From positions 1 to 63,884 of the IMG/VR virus record IMGVR_UViG_3300027734_000065: 63,884 nt of DNA, one strand, 5' to 3'. Below, in pieces: positions 9,626 to 19,158 of the stretch. The DNA comes from a virus. Its lineage: Duplodnaviria; Caudoviricetes. How positions within the stretch are numbered: position 1 is the stretch's first letter; every line of letters begins with the position of its first letter. A model generated the notes under the pieces. The model worked only from the letters and a program-made list of their open reading frames with translations. It searched no databases and was not told the origin of the DNA. The position numbers and the translations under genes were made by a program.

Positions 9626-9783
9626 ACTTAAACGCTGGAAAAATGGCCGCTGGATTGGTCGAGGAAATACTTGAGGTTATCCACAAGTACGATGAATCCA
9701 TGTATCTGCCCACCGTCTTGGGGGTTCTGGAGTTGGTAAAAATGCAACTTATTCAAGACCACCAAGAGGATGACGAAGAATGA
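9622..9783 (+). CDS. Small hypothetical protein, 53 aa
   Basis: ATGA overlaps with both neighbours (MNLNAGKM...EDDEE). Confidence 0.6.
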   Translation: MNLNAGKMAAGLVEEILEVIHKYDESMYLPTVLGVLELVKMQLIQDHQEDDEE

Positions 9784-10256
9784 ACGTCAGCCCAGAGGCC
9801 ATTAAGGTCATCTGCCACCATGAAGGTATACGGTTTAAACCATACCGTTGCCCCGCACAGCTTTGGACAATAGGAGTCGGCCATGTACTTTACCCAGACC
9901 AAGCTAAGCTACCAATGGATCAAAGAGGCGCTTACCAGCTACGGCCAGAAGATAGCCGCACGTTTTCAAAGGACGAAGTAGATGGGATTCTCAGGTCTGA
10001 TCTTGCAAGGTTCGAGCGTGGAGTTGTTCAATTCTGTCCCGTTCCTCTTACACAAGGCATGTATGATAGCCTTGTTAGCTTTAGTTTTAATGTCGGTCTT
10101 GGAACACTCCAGCGTTCAACGCTTCGTCAAAAGCTGCTTCGGGGCGATAAAGCGGGTGCTGCGGAAGAACTCTTGAAGTATTGCATGGCTGGTGGGAAAA
10201 TACTCAAAGGGCTGCAAAATCGGCGTATCGATGAACGAGCCATGTTCTTGTCATAA
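9780..10256 (+). CDS. Endolysin, phage lysozyme (GH24)
   Basis: HEGIRFKPYRCPAQLWTIGVGH catalytic motif; SFSFNVGLG; GL..RR..E. Confidence 0.92.
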   Translation: MNVSPEAIKVICHHEGIRFKPYRCPAQLWTIGVGHVLYPDQAKLPMDQRGAYQLRPEDSRTFSKDEVDGILRSDLARFERGVVQFCPVPLTQGMYDSLVSFSFNVGLGTLQRSTLRQKLLRGDKAGAAEELLKYCMAGGKILKGLQNRRIDERAMFLS

Positions 10257-10264
10257 GGTAGACC

Positions 10265-12865
10265 ATGCCACTCAAAAAAATTCAACTCAGGCCCGGTGTA
10301 AACAGAGAAAACACACGTTACACCAATGAGAACGGGTGGTATGACAGCGACAAGATCCGGTTCCGTCAAAGCACCCCAGAGAAAATTGGCGGGTGGCAAC
10401 GTATTTCTTCAAGCACGTTTGTTGGTATCTGCCGCTCTCTGTGGGCCTGGGTAACGCTGGGCGCTGCCAATCTTCTGGGGCTTGGCACAAACCTGAAGTT
10501 CTACATTGAAAACGGCGGGTCGTATTACGACATCACACCAATTAGGGCTTTAAACGTCTTAACTAACCCGTTTACCACAACCTCCGGGTCAACGACAGTT
10601 GTTGTGACTGACACAATTGGCGGGTACATAAACAAAGACTATGTAATTTTTTATCCCAGCTATTTGTTTACTGTAGCCATCACTGGCACGGCAGGTCAGT
10701 TTTCTTGTGCAGCCACCACTCTAACGGTGGGACAGGCCATTCAGATCAGCGGAACATATGGTGGCGGTGGATCCATTACCGGGTACGTTAATCCGACAAC
10801 CTACTACATCATCGTAACCAACGGAACAACCACGTTTGAATTGTCAGCAACCCCCGGTGGAACCGCCATTGCAACAACAACAGGAACCCCGACAGGATTG
10901 ACCTACACCCAGACAGTAGGTGGGTTAAGCATTACAGGCGAGTATGCTATTTCTTATGTAGCTACAAGCCTGTCAAATGTCAATATCACCGGCATAGCAG
11001 GGCAATTCTCATGCAATGCAGCCGCATTATTTGTTGGGCAAGCATTGACCATTAGCGGCACATATGGCGGCACTGGATCAATATCTGGATATGTCAACCC
11101 AACAACTTACTTCATTATTACAACTAACGGAACCACCACGTTTACACTATCTGCCACCCTGAGCGGGCCAGCAATCACCACAACCTTAGGTACTCCTTCG
11201 GGGCTAACTTATAGCGGGGTTGCGGCATTCACAATTCAATCTGCCACTGCGGCAACATCCACCGCTAATGGTGGAGGCGTTGTAAATGCGGTGTATGAAA
11301 TAAATAACGGGCCAGAGTTTGCCGTGACTTTAAACGGATGGGGCGCAAGTGCATGGGGGTCTGGAGCGTGGGGTATTGGTGGCTCATCAACTGACTCCCT
11401 GCGTTTGTGGAGCCAAACAAACTTTGGTGAAGATCTGATCTATGCCCCCCGTGGCGGGCCAATATATTACTGGGACGCTTCCATTGGCTTCACAGGCTCT
11501 ACCTTTACGGTGACTATTGCCAACCCAGGGGTTCTGTCTACCAGTTTAAACCTTACCAACGGAACAGCTTTAACGCTAACCACTACCGGGGCGTTGCCCA
11601 CGGGGTTAACAGTAGGCACGGTCTACTACGTTGTGAGCGTATCAGGAACGCAGTTTAGCCTTGCCGCCACATACAACGGGGCCGCTATAAACACCACCGG
11701 ATCACAGTCTGGGGTTCATTCATTTTCGCCCAGAGGTATTGACCTCACAGACCTGGGTGGGGCATCAAGTGTCCCCATCATTCAGAACTTTATCCTTGTG
11801 TCAGACACAAGCCGATTTGTATTTGCATTTGGATGTAATGATTACGGGACAGCAACTCAAAATCCAATGTTGATACGGTGGTCAGATCAGGAGTCGGTTG
11901 TCAACTGGAATCCAGCGGCAACAAACCAAGCTGGTAGTTTGCTGCTCTCTCATGGATCAGAGATCATCACGGCCATGCAGGCCCGTCAGGAGATTTTGGT
12001 GTGGACGGATTCATCCCTGTACTCCCTCCAGTACGTTGGGCCACCTGTTGTATGGGGTTCCCAGCTTGTGGGGGACAACATATCTATCGCCTCAGAAAAC
12101 GCAACGGCATACGCCAACGGCGTAGCCTACTGGATGGGTGTAGACAAGTTCTACAAATACGATGGTCGTACCCAGACCTTGAACTGTGATCTGCTTCAGT
12201 ATGTTTTTAACAACATCAACAAGCTTCAGTATCAGCAGGTGTTTGCCGGGACAAATGAAGGCTTCAATGAAGTCTGGTGGTTCTATGTCAGCAATGACAG
12301 CTTGGACAACACAATTGACAGCTACGTTGTATTCAACTACTCAGAGAATCAAGGGCAGGGATGCTGGTACTACGGGTCATTGGCCCGGACAGCGTGGCTG
12401 GACAGTGGCCTGAGGGACTACCCCATGGCCGCCACATACAGCTACAACCTTGTCAACCATGAGCAGGGCGTGGACAACAATGAAACGGCAACCGCATTGC
12501 CGATTGAGTCCTTCATCACCTCATCTGAGTTTGATTTGGAAGACGGGGATAGATTTGGATTTATCTGGCGTGTGTTGCCCGATGTGAAGTTTGTGGGGTC
12601 AACTGCGGCAAATCCACAGATGACCATGTATCTCAAGCCCATGCAGAACTCAGGCTCTGGGTATAACAACCCTACATCGTTGGGTGGGTCTGATAACGCC
12701 ACCGTGACCCGCACTGCAACAGTTCCCATTGAAGCATTCACCGGGCAGGTTTACATCCGTGTGCGGGGCCGTCAAATATCCATGGAGTACAGATCAACCA
12801 CCTTGGGTGTTCAGTGGCAGGCTGGCTCTCCACGGATTGACATCCGTCAGGACGGCAGAAGATGA
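10265..12865 (+). CDS. Tail nozzle/stabilisation protein with inserted repeat domains
   Basis: PGVNRENT...DKIRFR...PEKIGGW N-terminus; IRWSDQE; C-terminal DIRQDGRR. Confidence 0.75.
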   Translation: MPLKKIQLRPGVNRENTRYTNENGWYDSDKIRFRQSTPEKIGGWQRISSSTFVGICRSLWAWVTLGAANLLGLGTNLKFYIENGGSYYDITPIRALNVLTNPFTTTSGSTTVVVTDTIGGYINKDYVIFYPSYLFTVAITGTAGQFSCAATTLTVGQAIQISGTYGGGGSITGYVNPTTYYIIVTNGTTTFELSATPGGTAIATTTGTPTGLTYTQTVGGLSITGEYAISYVATSLSNVNITGIAGQFSCNAAALFVGQALTISGTYGGTGSISGYVNPTTYFIITTNGTTTFTLSATLSGPAITTTLGTPSGLTYSGVAAFTIQSATAATSTANGGGVVNAVYEINNGPEFAVTLNGWGASAWGSGAWGIGGSSTDSLRLWSQTNFGEDLIYAPRGGPIYYWDASIGFTGSTFTVTIANPGVLSTSLNLTNGTALTLTTTGALPTGLTVGTVYYVVSVSGTQFSLAATYNGAAINTTGSQSGVHSFSPRGIDLTDLGGASSVPIIQNFILVSDTSRFVFAFGCNDYGTATQNPMLIRWSDQESVVNWNPAATNQAGSLLLSHGSEIITAMQARQEILVWTDSSLYSLQYVGPPVVWGSQLVGDNISIASENATAYANGVAYWMGVDKFYKYDGRTQTLNCDLLQYVFNNINKLQYQQVFAGTNEGFNEVWWFYVSNDSLDNTIDSYVVFNYSENQGQGCWYYGSLARTAWLDSGLRDYPMAATYSYNLVNHEQGVDNNETATALPIESFITSSEFDLEDGDRFGFIWRVLPDVKFVGSTAANPQMTMYLKPMQNSGSGYNNPTSLGGSDNATVTRTATVPIEAFTGQVYIRVRGRQISMEYRSTTLGVQWQAGSPRIDIRQDGRR

Positions 12866-13185
12866 CAGACATTTCCAAAGTTGTTGCGCCACGACTGCCC
12901 AATGCGCCACTTGCGTATGAGCCAACATACCAAGAACAGTTTATGAACATCCTGCGGTTGTACTTCAACCAACTGGACAACTCTACCCAACAACTCACTA
13001 CAGACCGCAACCTGCTGTATTCTGTTTACACAGTGGCTACGCTGCCCAGCGCAGTGACCAGCGGCAAGGGCGCAAGGACATTTGTGTCAGATGCCTTGGC
13101 TCCTACATTTGGGGCAACCGTGGTTACCGGCGGAGCGATAGCCACCCCCGTGTATTCAGACGGCACGAATTGGAAGGTTGGTTGA
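12862..13185 (+). CDS. Tail-associated protein
   Basis: APRLP.AP..Y...NILRLYFNQLD; YTVATLPSA...PVYSDGTNWKVG. Confidence 0.65.
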   Translation: MTDISKVVAPRLPNAPLAYEPTYQEQFMNILRLYFNQLDNSTQQLTTDRNLLYSVYTVATLPSAVTSGKGARTFVSDALAPTFGATVVTGGAIATPVYSDGTNWKVG

Positions 13186-13186
13186 T

Positions 13187-16100
13187 ATGGCAGATAAAGA
13201 AACAGCGCAAAGTCTGCTGGACAAAATACTAAAGGAAGCTACCGATAGCAAATTGTCGCCCATGGATTTCCTGGGCACAAAGAATGCAACATTAAACACC
13301 GCATTAAAAGCATTAAAAAGCGGAGAGGCAACTATCAGCCCACAAGGGGCCATCGTTTCCAAAACGAAAATGGTTCCTTTTGATAAGCAAACGTATCAAC
13401 TTGGTAGTCAAAAATATTTTATCAATGATGGCGGCGATTGGGAAATTGCGCCAGAGCCAAAACCAGTAACTTATCTTCAATTAAAAACTATGCCCGATGG
13501 TAGCTATGGCCTACCAAAAATCAAAAATGAAAAAGATGGCGGGTGGTTTGAGTTTTCTCTGCCAAAAACAGTTAACCCGGTATACAAAGAAAGAATCGTA
13601 CCTGCAAAAGAGGCTCAGACGTATATTGATATTGATGGATTTTGGCAAACCTCCCCAGCGGTTCCGCAAAAAGTTTATCAAGACTTGGTTAGCCAGGATC
13701 TTCCCAAAGATTGGGATACCAATGCTTCTGTAAAAGTAATTCCAAAAATACCCGGCGGCAAGGACTTTAGCTACCAAGATTATTACCACACTTCAACGGG
13801 CGTTGGGAACGACATTGCGGCAATTCAGCAGGGTGATGTGGTTGCTGAGAAATACATAGAACATTACGAAGATGGCTCTGAGGAGATGTACAAGCTTGTC
13901 AATTCTGATGGAAGCGTTGTTGCATACGGGTACAAGAAATATGCAGATGGCGTTTTAAAATCTCAAAACTACTGGGATCATGTACACGCTGGTTCGCATA
14001 ATGTGTATATTGGGTTTGATGATAAATCAGGTCGTGTAGCGCCGGTACAAAATTTTGAAGAACAGGTAAGGTATAACCTAGACCAAACAAAATCAGGGCT
14101 ACAGTTAATTACTGATAACGCAAAAGCAGCATTGCCTGTTTTTGCAATGATTTTTGCGCCTGTAATAGGCGAAGTTATTGGTGCAGCCCTGATGGAGGCT
14201 GGCGTTTTAACAAGTGCCAGTGCAGCAACAGGTGCAGCTATTACCGCTGGTGCAGATGCCGCCGCCGCCGCAACCGCAGGAGCCGCCGCAACAGCAACCG
14301 CAACAGCCGTTGGTACAGGTATAGCAAATGCAACAACAAACATGTTGCAGGGCATGCCAGCAGATCAAGCTATTGGAAGTGCGGCAATAAACACGGGAAT
14401 ACAGCTTGGCATGCCCGGAGCAGTGACTGACATTAAAAATGCAGTCTCCACTGTAACAAGCAACCCAGCAATAACTAATATTGTTACAGGCGCAACAGTG
14501 GCCGCCGGAACGGCATTGTTAAAGGGCAAGAATGCATTAGAAGCTTTTCAAAACGGTGGCACATATGCTCTTATAAATCAGATTGGTTTGGATATACCGG
14601 GCTTTGCGGACATGAACGCAACGGCCAGAAAGGTAATAACAGATGCAATAACGGCCAAAGTATCAGGTGGTAATTTCAGTCTTACCCCTGAGTACATGCT
14701 CAATACGGTTATTGCAACGGCAAACCAAAATAAAGCCGCTCTTGACGCTGGGTATGACAATGCTGACCAGAAGTTGGCAGCCGAAGATGGGGGCTTCCCT
14801 GACGCAAAGACGTTTAAAGCGGCAGACAAAGCAGGTTTCACAAACATTGGCGAATACAACGATGCCAAAGACAAAGGCTATGACAACGCAAATGATTTCC
14901 GTATAGCCAAGGCATCCGGATACCTTGATGCAATTGAGTACAAGGAAGGCAAGGCCGGTGGCTTTTTATCTGCCGACAGTTTCCATGAGGCCAAATATCT
15001 GGGCCTTGATGATCAGACCGAGTTAAATAAATATAAAGATGGTAAATTTACCAATGTTGATGCATTCAATGATGCAGAAACAAAAGGGTATAAGGATGTG
15101 GGAAGTTATTCTGAGGCAATGATTGCGGGATGGAATAGCAAAAATGAACAAGATGCCGCCGCAAAGTTAAACATAACTTCCCCAGAAGAATATAGGACGT
15201 TACTTAAAACAGACGCAGCAGAAGCCGATGCTAAAACGCATGATTATGACTCTGCGGCACAAATGCGTGCGGCACTGGATGGGGGCTTTACCGATTCCAA
15301 GACGTTTAAAACGGCTGACGCATTGGGTTATACCAATATTGGCGAGTACCAAGATGGAACGGCCAAAAAATTCGATAATGCCGATGATTACAGAACAGCA
15401 AAAAACGCTGGTTTTGAAGATGAATTTACCTGGAAGGAAGCCAGAGCACAGGGCTTCAACAACTTTGCCGATTATGATGATGCTAAGGATATTGGCATAG
15501 CCAGTTTAGATGCGTATAAAAAATACAAAAATGGGGCCTTCACCGATATAGAAGAATACACAGACGCTGTAAACAGGGGCTATTCCAACAAGGCTGAATA
15601 TGATGATGCTATGGAAACGGGCTGGGAGAATAAGAACGAGCAAATAGCCGCCGGTAAGGTAAACATAACTGATCCAACAGAATACAGACAGGTTTTAACT
15701 GATGCCGCCAATGAACGCTCTGCCAAGGCAGAGGGCTACGACTCAGCGGCACAACGACAGGCCGCCCAAGACGGGGGGTTCCCCAATGCCGCCACGTTCA
15801 AGGTAGCAGACAAGGCTGGTTTTACAAACAACGCAGAGTTTGAAGCCGCAGGCAACGCAAGATTCAATAACGCCTCTGACTACCGTGGCGCTCTGGCCGC
15901 AGGTATTGAAACGCCTGAAGAGTTTAAACAGTACAAAGACAGTAATTATTCGGATGTGCTGGATTACCGCAATGCGGCGGCAAAAGGTTTTTACACAAAA
16001 GCTGAGTTTGATGATGCAACCACCAAGGGATACTCAGACAAAGCAACATATGACAAAGCCGAGGATCTTGGCTTTAGAAATGCCAGCGATTATTCAATTG

Positions 16101-16780
16101 CAACCGCAAACAACATTGATGCAAAGACATGGAATGAAAACAATCATCTGGCAGTGGATGATGGCTGGGATAACTACGCCGAGCAATTAAACGCAGAAAA
16201 GCTGGGCTTTGATGACCCGGAGATCTGGAAATATGCCAATGCAGTTGACCTTGAGAATGAAGGGTCAGAAATAACCGAAAACTACCTTGCCTCACAGATG
16301 GTAGAGATCGGGAATGATTGGTGGGCCATGCCAGACATGGATGTGATATTCAATGTGAACACTGGCGAAGTGCAGGACGAGTCAGGCAATAAAGTAGATG
16401 CTGGCTCATTAAAACTAGGTAACCAGAAGTTGCCAGTGGATTTTTTCCAAGGCATCTTGACCAATCCGTTTGTAAACAAGCAACCACCTACAAAGCCCAC
16501 TACGCCAGATCCTTCTACTGACCCAGCATCCCAGGCTGGACAGGTCATTCCGGACTTCCAAGACCCCAGCCAGATTGCCAAACGCAAGGAGCGGGGTACG
16601 CCGTATTCCTACAATCCGGAGTGGAGCGTGTTGAATCCTCAGGCTTCAACCAATCCGCAAACTCAACCTCAACAGAAGACTCAGCCACTAGCACCAAACA
16701 CCTCAGATGTGGTGCAATCAGGGCTGTTTTCTGGTATTCTTTCCCCGTATAACCCGCAGCAAGGTGGCCCTTATGGATGA
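13187..16780 (+). CDS. Large repeat-containing protein, putative internal virion/ejection protein
   Basis: ~1200-aa ORF; central hydrophobic Ala-rich segment; many ~16-aa A..AG[FY].[ND]..[ED][YF] repeats. Confidence 0.7.
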   Translation: MADKETAQSLLDKILKEATDSKLSPMDFLGTKNATLNTALKALKSGEATISPQGAIVSKTKMVPFDKQTYQLGSQKYFINDGGDWEIAPEPKPVTYLQLKTMPDGSYGLPKIKNEKDGGWFEFSLPKTVNPVYKERIVPAKEAQTYIDIDGFWQTSPAVPQKVYQDLVSQDLPKDWDTNASVKVIPKIPGGKDFSYQDYYHTSTGVGNDIAAIQQGDVVAEKYIEHYEDGSEEMYKLVNSDGSVVAYGYKKYADGVLKSQNYWDHVHAGSHNVYIGFDDKSGRVAPVQNFEEQVRYNLDQTKSGLQLITDNAKAALPVFAMIFAPVIGEVIGAALMEAGVLTSASAATGAAITAGADAAAAATAGAAATATATAVGTGIANATTNMLQGMPADQAIGSAAINTGIQLGMPGAVTDIKNAVSTVTSNPAITNIVTGATVAAGTALLKGKNALEAFQNGGTYALINQIGLDIPGFADMNATARKVITDAITAKVSGGNFSLTPEYMLNTVIATANQNKAALDAGYDNADQKLAAEDGGFPDAKTFKAADKAGFTNIGEYNDAKDKGYDNANDFRIAKASGYLDAIEYKEGKAGGFLSADSFHEAKYLGLDDQTELNKYKDGKFTNVDAFNDAETKGYKDVGSYSEAMIAGWNSKNEQDAAAKLNITSPEEYRTLLKTDAAEADAKTHDYDSAAQMRAALDGGFTDSKTFKTADALGYTNIGEYQDGTAKKFDNADDYRTAKNAGFEDEFTWKEARAQGFNNFADYDDAKDIGIASLDAYKKYKNGAFTDIEEYTDAVNRGYSNKAEYDDAMETGWENKNEQIAAGKVNITDPTEYRQVLTDAANERSAKAEGYDSAAQRQAAQDGGFPNAATFKVADKAGFTNNAEFEAAGNARFNNASDYRGALAAGIETPEEFKQYKDSNYSDVLDYRNAAAKGFYTKAEFDDATTKGYSDKATYDKAEDLGFRNASDYSIATANNIDAKTWNENNHLAVDDGWDNYAEQLNAEKLGFDDPEIWKYANAVDLENEGSEITENYLASQMVEIGNDWWAMPDMDVIFNVNTGEVQDESGNKVDAGSLKLGNQKLPVDFFQGILTNPFVNKQPPTKPTTPDPSTDPASQAGQVIPDFQDPSQIAKRKERGTPYSYNPEWSVLNPQASTNPQTQPQQKTQPLAPNTSDVVQSGLFSGILSPYNPQQGGPYG

Positions 16781-17828
16781 TGAAGATTTTTCCCAGTATT
16801 TCACAGACCAAGCTGAACAATCAAATTACAACCAGCCTGCGCCTTTTGATATGTCAGCATATCAAAGCCCGGAAATCGACCAGTACATGGCACAGGTTTC
16901 AGGTGGGGATCCTGAAGGCGCAAGGGCGTATGCCGATCTTCAGCAAATGATGCAAGATAGACAGGCAACTGGACAAGGCATAGTGCCAAACTTTGTTGGC
17001 AATGACCAAAGCTTTGGGTTCATACCACCCAACCAAGAGTTAACTCCAGCGGAAAAAGCCGCAATTGCACGGGAAGAGGCAAGCCCCGGCGGCACAGCCA
17101 TGTCCGAAGGTGATAAAAAGTATTTGACGGGCGGTATTTCAAGCGCCTACAAGGCTTTGCAACAGGCCAATAAAAAAGCTGGCCCGGATCAAATCTCCAA
17201 GAAAGACATGCTGTCCATGCTCATGCCCATGCTGTTGGCAATGATTGCCAAACAACAAGGTGGTGGTGGGTCAAGCATGTCCCCTGAACAGCAGGCCACT
17301 CAGCCAAAGATTCCATCCTTAGCCGCCACACGGGAAATGACTCCCTATGTTGCCCCCGGCGAAAAGGGATACACCCGTCCCGGCGCTGGTGGTAAGACGT
17401 ATTTTTCTGATGTCCAGTACAAGGCTGATGGTGGCGCAATCCAATCACAGCCCTTTAATCCTGGACAGACAAATTACAAAAATCCTTACTCGCCTCAGGA
17501 TCCTGTGCCAATTGCTATGCCAACCACATACAAAGCCGCTGGCGGTGGCATTGGTGACCTTGGTGGGTACTCAGATGGCGGTAGGCTATTAAAAGGCCCA
17601 GGGGATGGTGTTTCCGACTCAATTCCTGCGAAAATAGGCCAAGACCGGCCAGCGAGGTTGTCTGATGGGGAGTTCGTTATCCCCGCCCGTATTGTTTCAG
17701 AACTTGGTAATGGCTCAACAGAGGCTGGGGCGAAAAAGCTCTACGCAATGATGGACAGGGTCAAGAAGGCCCGGAACCACAAAAACATTGCAGCCAACAC
17801 CAAGGCCGACAAATATTTACCCGCTTGA
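16773..17828 (+). CDS. Putative internal virion protein
   Basis: C-terminal GGRLLKGPGDGVSDSIPA...LSDGEFVIPA domain; ATG at 16773. Confidence 0.7.
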   Translation: MDDEDFSQYFTDQAEQSNYNQPAPFDMSAYQSPEIDQYMAQVSGGDPEGARAYADLQQMMQDRQATGQGIVPNFVGNDQSFGFIPPNQELTPAEKAAIAREEASPGGTAMSEGDKKYLTGGISSAYKALQQANKKAGPDQISKKDMLSMLMPMLLAMIAKQQGGGGSSMSPEQQATQPKIPSLAATREMTPYVAPGEKGYTRPGAGGKTYFSDVQYKADGGAIQSQPFNPGQTNYKNPYSPQDPVPIAMPTTYKAAGGGIGDLGGYSDGGRLLKGPGDGVSDSIPAKIGQDRPARLSDGEFVIPARIVSELGNGSTEAGAKKLYAMMDRVKKARNHKNIAANTKADKYLPA

Positions 17829-17837
17829 GGTTTAAAC

Positions 17838-19157
17838 ATGACAACTCCCGCCTCTACAACCCCAGGAATGACCACCACTGCCGGTGGTACGACTCAGTCG
17901 GGCCTGTCTGATTTTGCACAGCCATACATCGTTGGCTCTGCATCTGACCCTGGTTACCTTACCAAGGCGAAGGCTCTTGGCAACATGGGGTATCAGGCAT
18001 ACGGCGGCCCATTGACCGCCGGGACATCTGATCTTCAGACAAAGGCGTTCCAAGGTATCGGGGGCCTGTCAGTTCCAAGTTCAATTGGTACAGCCGCAAC
18101 CACGGCGGGGAATGTGGCAAACAAGTTTGCAGGGATGAGTTACAACCCAGCGCAGTTCAACAACCAATTCACTGCGCCCGGAGCGTACCAAACAGGTCAG
18201 TTTACAAATCAGTACCAAGCACCCGATCAGTATCAGGCGGGGCAGTTTGATACCGGCACGTTTGGTGCTGATCAAGCCCAGCAGTACATGAATCCGTATT
18301 TGCAGTCTGCGTTGAATCCTCAGTTGGAAGAGGCCCGGAGGCAGTCCCAGATTACCCAGTTGGGCAACCAAGCCAAGGCAACTCAGGCCGGTGCTTATGG
18401 CGGTGGCCGTCAGGCAATCATGGAAGCTGAAACTCAACGTGCTTTGGGGTCTAACCTTGCCAACATTACCGGGCAGGGTTACAACACGGCCTACGACAAG
18501 GCCATGGGCCAGTTTAATGCTGACCAGACCCGCCAGTTACAGGCCCAGCAGGCCGGGGAGCAATCCAGGCAGTTTGGCGCAACTCAATCTGCCACAGCCG
18601 CCGATCTCATGGCAAAGTACGGCCTGTCTGCACAACAAGCGCAGGAAGCGTCACGGCAATTTGGCGCTGGTCAGGCCATGACCGCCGCCCAGCAGGCCGC
18701 TCAATACGGCTTGGCAGGTCAGCAAGAGACAGAGAAGTCCAAACAGTTTGGCGCAAACTATGGTTTAGAAGCCTTGAAGAGCCAGCTTGCCGCCGCACAG
18801 GCACAAGGCGCATTGGGTCTTACCGAGAACACGGCCAACCTTGCCAACCTCCAGCAACAACTTACAGCGGGTGATACCCAACGCAAGATTGAGGCAGAGG
18901 GCATCAAGGCTGATCTGGATGAATTTAATGTGCAGCGGGAGTTCCCGTATAAACAGGTTCAGTTCCAACGGGACATTTTGTCTGGTCTGCCCGTCACTGC
19001 AATCACATCTCAGGGGCCACAGCCCAATGATTACGCTTCATTGATCGCCAGTTTTGGTGGCATGGACAAGATGATCACGGATGCAAATGCAAACCCAACC
19101 ACAAAGAAACTTTTGAAATATCTGGGCCTTGACTTGGATGAGGCTTTAGGGGGTTAA
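17838..19157 (+). CDS. Putative DNA ejection/pilot protein
   Basis: Gln/Ala/Gly-rich; YMNPY; AGAYGGGRQ; three S[RK]QFGA repeats. Confidence 0.7.
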   Translation: MTTPASTTPGMTTTAGGTTQSGLSDFAQPYIVGSASDPGYLTKAKALGNMGYQAYGGPLTAGTSDLQTKAFQGIGGLSVPSSIGTAATTAGNVANKFAGMSYNPAQFNNQFTAPGAYQTGQFTNQYQAPDQYQAGQFDTGTFGADQAQQYMNPYLQSALNPQLEEARRQSQITQLGNQAKATQAGAYGGGRQAIMEAETQRALGSNLANITGQGYNTAYDKAMGQFNADQTRQLQAQQAGEQSRQFGATQSATAADLMAKYGLSAQQAQEASRQFGAGQAMTAAQQAAQYGLAGQQETEKSKQFGANYGLEALKSQLAAAQAQGALGLTENTANLANLQQQLTAGDTQRKIEAEGIKADLDEFNVQREFPYKQVQFQRDILSGLPVTAITSQGPQPNDYASLIASFGGMDKMITDANANPTTKKLLKYLGLDLDEALGG

Positions 19158-19158
19158 T

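Noticed and set aside
9677-9685. Perfect DnaA box TTATCCACA
   Set aside because: Isolated, inside a small coding region, and compatible with chance
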